A stretch of 64,000 nucleotides of DNA from a virus, in IMG/VR virus record IMGVR_UViG_3300045988_154892. One strand, 5' to 3'. Position numbers and translations under genes: made by a program. Numbering within the stretch: position 1 is the first letter of the stretch; the number at the start of each line of letters is the position of its first letter. Shown here piece by piece: positions 1-8,138 of the stretch. Below the pieces are notes generated by a model that searched no databases, was not told where the DNA came from, and was given only the letters and a program-made list of their open reading frames with translations.

Positions 1-73
1 AATTGGTAATGCAGTGGCGGTACCTATGGGTAGATGGATTGGAGAACAGATTGTAAGATATTTCGAACAATAG
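1..73 (+). CDS. C-terminal end of a DNA (cytosine-5)-methyltransferase, 5'-truncated by window edge
   Basis: Frame 2 reads IGNAVAVPMGRWIGEQIVRYFEQ*, ending at TAG 71-73. GNAV.VP resembles the conserved C-terminal motif X of C5-MTases. Confidence 0.5.
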   Translation, partial: IGNAVAVPMGRWIGEQIVRYFEQ

Positions 74-124
74 GAGATAGGTATGGAAGAAGTTTTGTTT
101 CATTTGGAGGGTAAAAAATAAATA

Positions 125-286
125 ATGACTACAAAAGAAAAAGAACTTAAAGAGGAATACGAAAAATTCATACTAACAAAAGAAGGTAAGGAATGGATAA
201 ATCATTGGCAGAAGATAATTGGTTCTGATACTGGCGGAGACTTTGGAGATTATTTATATGATTTCTATCCTGAAATGATTTCTTAG
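125..286 (+). CDS. small hypothetical protein (53 aa)
   Basis: ATG 125 to TAG 284-286 (MTTKEKELKEEYEKF...). It is below the ORF-track cutoff and fills a same-strand gap. Confidence 0.4.
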   Translation: MTTKEKELKEEYEKFILTKEGKEWINHWQKIIGSDTGGDFGDYLYDFYPEMIS

Positions 287-299
287 GAAGGAGAATATT

Positions 300-807
300 A
301 TGAAGAAAACGAAAATTATTAGTGCATTTCCTGCTTGTGGCAAGACATATGCTTTTAAAAAAATTAAATGAAAAAGGTTATAAGATTCTCGATAGCGATA
401 GCAGTCGGTTCAGTTGGTGTTATGATTATGATCCAACCATTTCAGATCAAATTGAAGAGTATCGTAATCCAGAATTTCCAAGTAATTATATTCAGCACAT
501 TAAAGAGAATATTGAGAAAGCTGATTATATTTTCGTAAGCAGCCACAAAGAAGTAAGAGATGCTTTAATTGAAAATGGAATCTATTTTACATTGGTTTAT
601 CCAGATAGAAGCATGAAAGCTGAATGGGTTGGCAGATGTTTCTTGCGTGGAAGTGGCGAAAAGTTCTGTCAGCTCATTGCAGACAATTGGGATAAATGGA
701 TTAATGAAATGGAAGAAGTTGAGTGCGACAAATGGATTCTTGGAGATAAGGAATCAATTGACAGATATTATTATCTTGATGAATTAGTAGAGAACAAATT
801 GATTTAA
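300..807 (+). CDS. P-loop NTPase/kinase-like protein, frame broken in an A7 run
   Basis: ATG 300 follows AGGAAGGAG and encodes MKKTKIISAFPACGKTYAFKK (Walker A AxxxxGKT), stopping at 369-371. Track ORF 322..807 continues LNEKGYKILDSDSS in the +1 frame. The two frames join if one A of A7 (357-363) is removed. Confidence 0.55.
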
Positions 808-813
808 CATGAG

Positions 814-1170
814 GTGAAAATTATGTATCAAAATTGCTGTAGAAAGTGTGGAAGTACATCTTTGCATACGAAAGAAAAGGGTAACAACACAGGGTTATAT
901 TGTGATGATTGCGGTGCTTGGATAAAATGGCTTGGAAAAGATGAATTGAGAGCATTTGAGCATTCACAGAAATCGCAATTACCAAAAACAAGTTGCGACA
1001 TTCCGATGTCTGAAGTTGTAACAGCTTGCTCACCAAAAACAATTGCAAGAATCAAACTGTGTGGAGTGATGGTTTTTTATGTTACAGATATGATGCCATG
1101 GAAGAAACCGACAGAAGAACAGATTAAGAACCTTCATGATATGTTATGTATCGATGTTGAAATTTTTTGA
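814..1170 (+). CDS. Zn-ribbon protein, function unknown
   Basis: ORF track. GAGGTG lies 6 nt upstream. CxxC pairs CCRKCGS...CDDCG. Confidence 0.6.
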   Translation: MKIMYQNCCRKCGSTSLHTKEKGNNTGLYCDDCGAWIKWLGKDELRAFEHSQKSQLPKTSCDIPMSEVVTACSPKTIARIKLCGVMVFYVTDMMPWKKPTEEQIKNLHDMLCIDVEIF

Positions 1171-1214
1171 AGATGGAGAATAAGTATTATGCATGGAAAG
1201 ATGGTGAAGAATAA

Positions 1215-1637
1215 ATGGAAGTATTAGTAAATACGGAGTATCAAGATGTTTATAGAATTGTAGATGGTGTGCTGCTTATTGTAAATAAATTCTTATACAA
1301 AGATTATTCTAAGAAAACAAATCGTATTGTGGAAGTCAATAATACAGGAAGAGACAATTGTAAAACATACAATAAAGGATGTCAGTCTTGTCTGAAAGAG
1401 TTAAAAAGAGATTATCTTAACACATATGCAACAGTAACAATTCCTAAAGGTACAGTTCTGTATCATGGCTATCCAGTAGAATATACAATTAAACCAGAGA
1501 ATTATATTTACGAGATCAAAACCACAGGTAATGCCTTTGGTGGTGATTATGGTGAAGTGATGGATATGATTAAGAATATCCGTGAAGTCATGGATGGTAA
1601 TAATTTTGCTAACGATTCATGTTTAAAAGGAGAATAA
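1215..1637 (+). CDS. hypothetical protein
   Basis: ORF track. Co-directional tiling with neighbours. No motif recognised. Confidence 0.55.
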   Translation: MEVLVNTEYQDVYRIVDGVLLIVNKFLYKDYSKKTNRIVEVNNTGRDNCKTYNKGCQSCLKELKRDYLNTYATVTIPKGTVLYHGYPVEYTIKPENYIYEIKTTGNAFGGDYGEVMDMIKNIREVMDGNNFANDSCLKGE

Positions 1638-1641
1638 TATA

Positions 1642-2190
1642 ATGTCTGATTTATATGTATATCTAATTCGTTCAAGAAATAAAGACAACAAAGATGTTCC
1701 TAATTTCAAGGAACGTGCAAAGACTATCTTGGAATACAAAGAAAATGAAGATAGAGTAATCAAAGAATTTCATAGATTTGCAGCAGATGGAGTTCCTGGC
1801 GAACAGACAAGATTGTATCGGTCTGTAAATTCAAGAAATGAAGAAAAGATAATGAAAGAACTTATTATTAGATTGCTTAGAGATAAACCAAGTGTGACAA
1901 AGCTGAATCGTACATTAGCTTCTGTTGCGCAGCAAGTAGAGAATCGGGATGAGAGTAAATGGTTGTTTGATTTCGATGTGGACGATGAAGAAAAAGTAAA
2001 TGATTTTATCGATGATATTTACTTTTATTCTGAACTAGAAAATCATGAATTATATAAAACTCCACATGGTTATGCGATTGTGGTTCCTCATAAATTTGAT
2101 ATAAGAGAATTAATGGAGAAGTGGAAAGATTATGATATCACATTAAAAAAAGATAGATTGTTGTTCTTGGATATGATTACAAAGGAGTGA
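1642..2190 (+). CDS. hypothetical protein
   Basis: ORF track. AAGGAGA SD upstream. No motif recognised. Confidence 0.6.
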   Translation: MSDLYVYLIRSRNKDNKDVPNFKERAKTILEYKENEDRVIKEFHRFAADGVPGEQTRLYRSVNSRNEEKIMKELIIRLLRDKPSVTKLNRTLASVAQQVENRDESKWLFDFDVDDEEKVNDFIDDIYFYSELENHELYKTPHGYAIVVPHKFDIRELMEKWKDYDITLKKDRLLFLDMITKE

Positions 2191-2196
2191 AGCGAA

Positions 2197-2580
2197 TTGA
2201 CGTTTGAAGAAAGAATACGTGAATATTGTCTACGATCAGACATAGTGTATGAAAGAATCCTTTCATCTCCATGTGAAAAAGACTTGTATGTTTTGTATCC
2301 ATCAGAATTAGCAAATGAACAGATCCTCCAAGACAATATTCCAAAGATGTTAAAGGTTATAAAGGAATATATCAGTGAGTTGGAATTATGTGCATATTGT
2401 ATGCGTAAAGTTGATAATCTTTATTTTGATTCTCAAAAAACAGTTATAATAAATGAAGCACATAACCGTCAAGAAAAAGCAGATGAGCTGGCAGAAATTA
2501 TGAATGAAGGAATTAGTCCTTATGCTTGGTATTATTATGATACTGCGGAAGGATATGTTGTGTATTTAGACAATATTTAA
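2197..2580 (+). CDS. hypothetical protein
   Basis: ORF track. TTG start after AAGGAG. Confidence 0.55.
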   Translation: MTFEERIREYCLRSDIVYERILSSPCEKDLYVLYPSELANEQILQDNIPKMLKVIKEYISELELCAYCMRKVDNLYFDSQKTVIINEAHNRQEKADELAEIMNEGISPYAWYYYDTAEGYVVYLDNI

Positions 2581-2594
2581 GGAGGGAACTAACA

Positions 2595-2751
2595 ATGGCA
2601 GAAGCAACAAGATTATGTCCTGTTTGTAGGACAATCATGAAATCAGCAGCTTACAAAGTTGGAAAATAATATTTTTACACCTGATGGTGTTGGTATTATT
2701 GGAAAACTTTTAGTATGTCCGAAATGTGGGAATTTAGCAGTGGTGAAATAA
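2595..2751 (+). pseudogene. small Zn-ribbon protein interrupted by an apparent 1-nt indel
   Basis: ATG 2595 after GGAGGG encodes MAEATRLCPVCRTIMKSAAYKVGK*, with TAA at 2667-2669. The +1 frame continues NNIFTPDGVGIIGKLLVCPKCGNLAVVK* to 2751. The two CxxC halves lie in different frames and join at A4 2663-2666. Confidence 0.45.
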
Positions 2752-2754
2752 ATT

Positions 2755-3171
2755 ATGGAGAAAGTAATTAGATATATATGCGATTACTGCGGTGAATTGT
2801 TTAGTTTAGAAGAATGGTGTTTGGAACATGAAGAGTCGCACAGAAAATCAGAAAAAGCTAATGAGATGCTTAGTGGCGGTAAAACATTAAAAGAGATTAA
2901 TAACGAATGTCATCTTTGGTCTGAAGTTCCAGATTATTTAAAGAATGTGACAAAAGATAATTGCTTTGTCGTTAGTTACTGGCAATGTTGTGACAAGCCA
3001 GCTTATAGAATTGTTTCTATTACTCATAAAGGACGATTAGAACTTTGGGGTTGTGGTTCTTGGAATGGTTATTACGGTGGTGAGTTTAAGATTGGCAATG
3101 ATAATCTTAAAGATCCAAGACCTAAAGAAGAATTGTTTATTGATCCGAGATATGAAGAATTATATTGGTAG
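2755..3171 (+). CDS. zinc-finger protein, function unknown
   Basis: ORF track. CDYCGELF...CLEHEESH is a C2H2-like motif. Confidence 0.6.
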   Translation: MEKVIRYICDYCGELFSLEEWCLEHEESHRKSEKANEMLSGGKTLKEINNECHLWSEVPDYLKNVTKDNCFVVSYWQCCDKPAYRIVSITHKGRLELWGCGSWNGYYGGEFKIGNDNLKDPRPKEELFIDPRYEELYW

Positions 3172-3211
3172 GGTAACTTTGTAATAGAGAATAATTAAAG
3201 GAGGAAAACGA

Positions 3212-4336
3212 TTGAGAAGTAGTATTTTTATTCCTAAAACAATTAATGTTGGTTATCAGAATCGTTCAGGAACATATACAGGAAAGCTTGCTTATGTAAT
3301 TTACTATGACGAAAAGGGTAAGTTGCGAAAAGAGACTTCATGGAATGGTTGGCGAGATAAGGATATTCCAAATAACGAATATGATAATATTCCAACCGAA
3401 GGATTTGTGCTTAATAAAAAAGCAGGTGATTATTCTACGGATTGGGATCATAGACATGCATATTGTAGAGTATACGATCCACGAGGATTTGAATTTGAGA
3501 TTACCATTGAGAATTTATTATACATTCTTGAAAATGCAAATTGCATCAGAGGTAAAGGACTTGAAGGAGAATTTGTATATGGATGGGATGGAAAAGATTT
3601 AGTTCTTATGCCAGTAGAATCACCTGATTATAAAGAGATTGGTGAGTTTAATAAGATTATCCATAATAATGAATGTGTTAAGGCAAAAGACCTTATTATA
3701 GGTGCTACATATTTAACTAAAGATAATGAAAATTGGATTTATATGGGTAAATTTGATGTCTATGATAGATATAAAAATTGGAAAAATAAAGGTAAACATT
3801 TTTGGTTTTGGAAAGATAGTTATTTTGAGCATTATAGGTCGATGCCAAAGAATAAATTTATCAAATGTATTGATGATAAGTGCAATGAAAAGTATGCAGA
3901 CATTTTTGATAAATTGGAAGGAGAATCTGAGTATTCTCCATATGATAGTAGCAAAGACGAATATAAATACTTTACACTTGATGAATTTAAAAAAGACGCT
4001 TACTGGGAAAGAATTCGTTTTATAAGCGAATATTATAGTGGGAATAAATATGTATTTGAGACTTATAAACGGGATGATAATTTATATATTATCTATAAAA
4101 TACAAATGGAATATATGCATTACGGTCCATATGAAGAACGTGTTAAAGTAACTGACATATTTCCTACCACATCTAAAATGGTTAAGTCAAACCGATATCC
4201 ATATAATGATAAAGAAGAAAAACATATGAATCCTGTTACTATTGAACAGATTTTTGAAACAATGAAGCCAATGTATATTCAGAAACATTTAGCAAACGGC
4301 AGAGAATATGAAAGGAGTACGAAATCAAATGAGTAA
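3212..4336 (+). CDS. hypothetical protein (374 aa)
   Basis: ORF track. TTG start after AAAGGAGG. Two alternate-frame ORFs lie inside it. Confidence 0.65.
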   Translation: MRSSIFIPKTINVGYQNRSGTYTGKLAYVIYYDEKGKLRKETSWNGWRDKDIPNNEYDNIPTEGFVLNKKAGDYSTDWDHRHAYCRVYDPRGFEFEITIENLLYILENANCIRGKGLEGEFVYGWDGKDLVLMPVESPDYKEIGEFNKIIHNNECVKAKDLIIGATYLTKDNENWIYMGKFDVYDRYKNWKNKGKHFWFWKDSYFEHYRSMPKNKFIKCIDDKCNEKYADIFDKLEGESEYSPYDSSKDEYKYFTLDEFKKDAYWERIRFISEYYSGNKYVFETYKRDDNLYIIYKIQMEYMHYGPYEERVKVTDIFPTTSKMVKSNRYPYNDKEEKHMNPVTIEQIFETMKPMYIQKHLANGREYERSTKSNE

Positions 4337-4736
4337 GAATGATGATAGAATTTTAGAATTAAAGAAACAGATTGAGGATAAGAGAAAAGCTATCTCTGAG
4401 AAGAAGATTAGATTTGTTCCTGAGACAAATTGTGTTCTCAATATGGATGGAATAACTATCAACCTTAATGTATGTTCAGATGATGCATTAGTGTTGTTAC
4501 TTATTAGACTTAATTCATATCTTATGTCAGCAGTTGACCTTGGAATGCCTGATTTTGAGATTTCGGGCTACAGTGTAACGGATTGGATTAAGGACATTAA
4601 GAGTAAATTAGAAGTGTCTAGTCTAAAGAAAGAGGAAACAGATTTGAAGAAGATGGAGAGTAAACTGGACAAACTGCTATCTAATGACAAGAAAACTGAG
4701 ATTGAAATTGATGAGATTGCAAGTCTATTGAGGTAG
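4329..4736 (+). CDS. coiled-coil hypothetical protein
   Basis: Same frame as track ORF 4308..4736. ATG 4329 follows AAAGGAG at plausible spacing (MSKNDDRILELKK...). Confidence 0.55.
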   Translation: MSKNDDRILELKKQIEDKRKAISEKKIRFVPETNCVLNMDGITINLNVCSDDALVLLLIRLNSYLMSAVDLGMPDFEISGYSVTDWIKDIKSKLEVSSLKKEETDLKKMESKLDKLLSNDKKTEIEIDEIASLLR

Positions 4737-4753
4737 TATTGGAGAATAAATCA

Positions 4754-4918
4754 ATGGAAGAATATATTAAGAGAATTGAACAAATTGCAGCAAGATGCAC
4801 AGAAAGTCAGTCAGATGGATATTCACAGATTATGAGAATCTGTGATGCCATGAGAGAAGAACAGAGATATTGCTTAGGATATGTTTCTGAAAAATGGGAT
4901 CAAATCCCCACAATTTGA
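4754..4918 (+). CDS. small hypothetical protein (54 aa)
   Basis: ATG 4754 after GGAGAATAA, TGA at 4916-4918. Below the track cutoff. Confidence 0.4.
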   Translation: MEEYIKRIEQIAARCTESQSDGYSQIMRICDAMREEQRYCLGYVSEKWDQIPTI

Positions 4919-4963
4919 TTAGTAATGAAATTTTTCTTTCAATAGAAGGAGAGAATAAACATT

Positions 4964-5158
4964 ATGACAATTAAATTTATTAAAGATGTTGTCTTCAAAG
5001 ATCAAAAAGAAGACAGTGTAAAGATTAAAAAAGGGAAGATTCTTACAGCAAGAATTGTAACAAATGAAGATGGGAAAGAAGAATACGAAATAAAACAGAA
5101 GAAGAATGTATTTACAATCCCATCAACAATGAAAGATGTAGTGTTTGTAGTTCTGTAG
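4964..5158 (+). CDS. hypothetical protein
   Basis: ORF track. AAGGAGAG SD upstream. Confidence 0.5.
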   Translation: MTIKFIKDVVFKDQKEDSVKIKKGKILTARIVTNEDGKEEYEIKQKKNVFTIPSTMKDVVFVVL

Positions 5159-5218
5159 TTTGGTTGAAAGAAGAAGAGAATATATAGGTGATAATAAAAA
5201 TTTGAAGGAGATGTTGCT

Positions 5219-5905
5219 ATGTTTAAAGCACAACGAGGATTAAAAATTTGTTACAAAGTAGAAGATAAAATATTATCTCAACACTTTAAAACAATTGAAG
5301 ATTTTTTACAAACAGAATTTCCAAAGAGTAATAATCCATTGTCACCTACTCTTGATACAGAGATTACAGGAATTAAATGGAACGGCAGTACTATTTCTAT
5401 TCCCAATAAAATTCACACAGTAAGAGATTTGTCTGACTTATTAAGCAAAGAAAATGTAGAAAATATTTTTATTTCAAATAGAGATGTTAGGCTGCATAAG
5501 ATTAAACCAAAATATGATGATCTTATCAGAAAGTCCACATATTCCATAGAATATGTGGACAGTAAGGTTAAAGATGTTTTGTTTGAAAAAGACAAGCGAA
5601 ATGCAAAAGTTGATTTTGATGGAGATTTGATTAAAGGCAATAGTCAACGATATCAGACATTTTTTACAAAAGGCTGTAAATGCTCAGTTTGTGGAATTGA
5701 AGGACAATATTTTGCGAAAGAAAGACATTTGCAGGATAAAAGTTATCATCTGAATTTGTATGCAGTTGATGATAATGGTGATGAAATATTAATGACAAAA
5801 GATCATATTTTACCACGTTCAAAAGGTGGGATTGATGATATTAGTAACTATCAAACAATGTGTAAGCCTTGTAATGAAGCAAAAGGTAACAAATTAGAAG
5901 ATTAA
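5219..5905 (+). CDS. HNH endonuclease
   Basis: C-terminal DHILPRSKGGIDDISNYQTMCKPCNEAKGN is the HNH motif, preceded by CKCSVCG. Confidence 0.8.
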   Translation: MFKAQRGLKICYKVEDKILSQHFKTIEDFLQTEFPKSNNPLSPTLDTEITGIKWNGSTISIPNKIHTVRDLSDLLSKENVENIFISNRDVRLHKIKPKYDDLIRKSTYSIEYVDSKVKDVLFEKDKRNAKVDFDGDLIKGNSQRYQTFFTKGCKCSVCGIEGQYFAKERHLQDKSYHLNLYAVDDNGDEILMTKDHILPRSKGGIDDISNYQTMCKPCNEAKGNKLED

Positions 5906-5975
5906 ATAAGAAAGGACAAAATAGAAAAGTTCCTATAGGATAAAGTGCGCACTACTTACTAATGGTAAGAGGGAC

Positions 5976-7145
5976 TTGGAGAATAAGGAAAGAGCATTAG
6001 CCCATATTGAAAAAATTGAATGGGTAAAACCAATTGAAGGAGCAAATAATATTGAACTCATTGGAGTGTTAGGATGGGTTTGTGTAGCAAAGAAAGGTGA
6101 GTTTCAGACTGGTGATTTAGCAGTTTATATTGAAATTGATAGCAAGTGTCCTGAAAATGATGAACGTTTCGAGTTTCTGGCAAACAAGAAATACAAAGTC
6201 AAGACGATGAAACTTGGAAAGTTTAAAGTAATTAGTCAAGGATTAGCACTTCCATTATCTCTATTTCCAGAACTAGATGGAAAAAATATTGGTGATGATG
6301 TCAGCAAAGATCTCAAAATTACATATTCTTCTGAAGAAGATGTCAAACGAAAAAGCAATTCTATTGATCCCAATGCAAAATTCAAATCTATGGCAGCTCG
6401 CCATAAAAATCTCGCAAAGAAAAAATGGTTCAGATGGTTAATGAAACGTGAGTGGGGGAAGAAATTATTATTCTTCTTTCTTGGAAAGAAACGTGATAAT
6501 CCAAAGGAGTTTCCAAAATGGATTGTTAAAACCGACGAAACGAGAATTGAAAATGCTCCTTTTTACTTGCAGAATAAAAACCCATGGATTAAGACAGAAA
6601 AATTAGATGGTACTTCCTGTACATTCGCTATAGACCGGCAGAAGAAAGGTAAGGATAAATTCGAATTTATTGTTTGTAGCAGAAATGTCAGACAAGCAGA
6701 TAAAAATCAGGAATGCTATCATGACTCTAATATTTATTGGGAACTTGCTGATAAATACGGTATTGAAAGCGTATTAACAAAATTGGCAATTGAGAATAAT
6801 TATGATCGAGTTGTGCTACAGGGTGAAGGAGTTGGATACGTACAGGGTAATCCATATAAATTTAAAGAGAATAGATTGTATGTATTTAATCTTATTATTG
6901 AAGGTAATCGTGTAGGGACGAAAGAGATGGCAGATTTTTGTGATGGTAATAATCTGTTACATGTGCCGATTATTTCTACAGAATATTATTTACCTAAAAC
7001 AATGGAAGAAATGAAACTCGAAGCTGATGGATATAGTGAGATTAATCCAAAAGTTCGAAGAGAAGGATACGTCTATAGATCTCAGGATGGACAGCAGAGT
7101 TTTAAAAATGTCAGTCGAGAATATTTATTAAAACATAATGGATAG
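5976..7145 (+). CDS. ATP-dependent RNA ligase (DRB0094-like family)
   Basis: Nucleotidyltransferase motif I TEKLDGTS (KxDG). Also VLQGEGVGYVQGNPY and an N-terminal IEKIEWVKPIEGANNIE domain typical of this RNA-ligase family. Confidence 0.7.
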   Translation: MENKERALAHIEKIEWVKPIEGANNIELIGVLGWVCVAKKGEFQTGDLAVYIEIDSKCPENDERFEFLANKKYKVKTMKLGKFKVISQGLALPLSLFPELDGKNIGDDVSKDLKITYSSEEDVKRKSNSIDPNAKFKSMAARHKNLAKKKWFRWLMKREWGKKLLFFFLGKKRDNPKEFPKWIVKTDETRIENAPFYLQNKNPWIKTEKLDGTSCTFAIDRQKKGKDKFEFIVCSRNVRQADKNQECYHDSNIYWELADKYGIESVLTKLAIENNYDRVVLQGEGVGYVQGNPYKFKENRLYVFNLIIEGNRVGTKEMADFCDGNNLLHVPIISTEYYLPKTMEEMKLEADGYSEINPKVRREGYVYRSQDGQQSFKNVSREYLLKHNG

Positions 7146-7154
7146 GAGAATTGG

Positions 7155-8045
7155 ATGAATAGACCTACGCTTTGGGTTATGTGCGGGCTGAGTGGAAGCG
7201 GAAAATCTACCATTGCCAAGCAATTAGCACAGGAACATGAAAATACAGTTATCGTATCGTCAGATTCGGTCAGAGAAGAATTAACTGGCGATTATGAAAA
7301 TCAGGATCATAATGAAGAAGTATTTAAAATATTTCATAAAAAAATTCGTGAGAACTTAGAGAATAATAAAAATGTGATTGCTGATGCAACCAATATTACT
7401 ATGAAATCAAGACGTGCAATTCTTGAGAATGTAAAAGGAATTGATTGCCATAAGGTTGCTTATTTGATTCCAAAACCATTTAGGCAATGTAAGATTGATA
7501 ACCTAGACAGACAACATCCTGTGCCTGAAGAAGTGTTGGATAAGCAGATTAGAAAATTCCAGATTCCGTTCATAAAAGAGGGGTTTGACGAGGGGATTAT
7601 TCATTACATACATAATAAAAATAGATTAGATTCGTTAAAAATGTTTGATAATATGGAAGGCTTCAATCAGCAAAATCCACATCATACTTCGACACTTGCA
7701 GACCATTGTAAGAATACACATGAATTATTCTCAAGATATGGTTATCCGTCAAAATATAATCTGGCAGCGTTATTGCATGATTATGGGAAATTGTACTGTA
7801 AAGAATTAGATAATGATGGAGTTGCGCATTATTACGGGCATGATTCAATTGGTTCATATATGATTTTAGAAAATTTTGCAGAAATATTTTATAAAGACGT
7901 TGCAGATATGTGTTTTCTAATTAATTATCATATGATGCCATTTGCCTGGAATACAGAAAAAATTAAACGACGATGGAAAGAACGTTTTGGAGAATATAAA
8001 TATCAGATGTTATTAGACTTCCATGAATGTGACATTGCTCGATAG
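7155..8045 (+). CDS. polynucleotide 5'-kinase fused to an HD phosphohydrolase (RNA end-healing enzyme)
   Basis: N-terminal P-loop GLSGSGKST with SSDSVREEL and DATNIT...SRR. C-terminal HD signatures NPHHTS...LLHDYGK...YYGHDSIG. Adjacent to the RNA ligase. Confidence 0.7.
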   Translation: MNRPTLWVMCGLSGSGKSTIAKQLAQEHENTVIVSSDSVREELTGDYENQDHNEEVFKIFHKKIRENLENNKNVIADATNITMKSRRAILENVKGIDCHKVAYLIPKPFRQCKIDNLDRQHPVPEEVLDKQIRKFQIPFIKEGFDEGIIHYIHNKNRLDSLKMFDNMEGFNQQNPHHTSTLADHCKNTHELFSRYGYPSKYNLAALLHDYGKLYCKELDNDGVAHYYGHDSIGSYMILENFAEIFYKDVADMCFLINYHMMPFAWNTEKIKRRWKERFGEYKYQMLLDFHECDIAR

Positions 8046-8138
8046 AGAATAAAAATTAAGATGACTGAGATGGTCATTATTATTTTTGGACTATCTTTGT
8101 TATAGATATTCTAAAACAAATAGAAAAGGAGTGTAAAA

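Noticed and set aside
3306-4025. Same-strand alternate-frame ORFs 3306..3602 and 3726..4025 inside ORF 3212..4336.
   Set aside because: Their translations are I/L/K/N-rich, as expected from an AT-rich off-frame. The long frame is continuous and starts after a strong SD.
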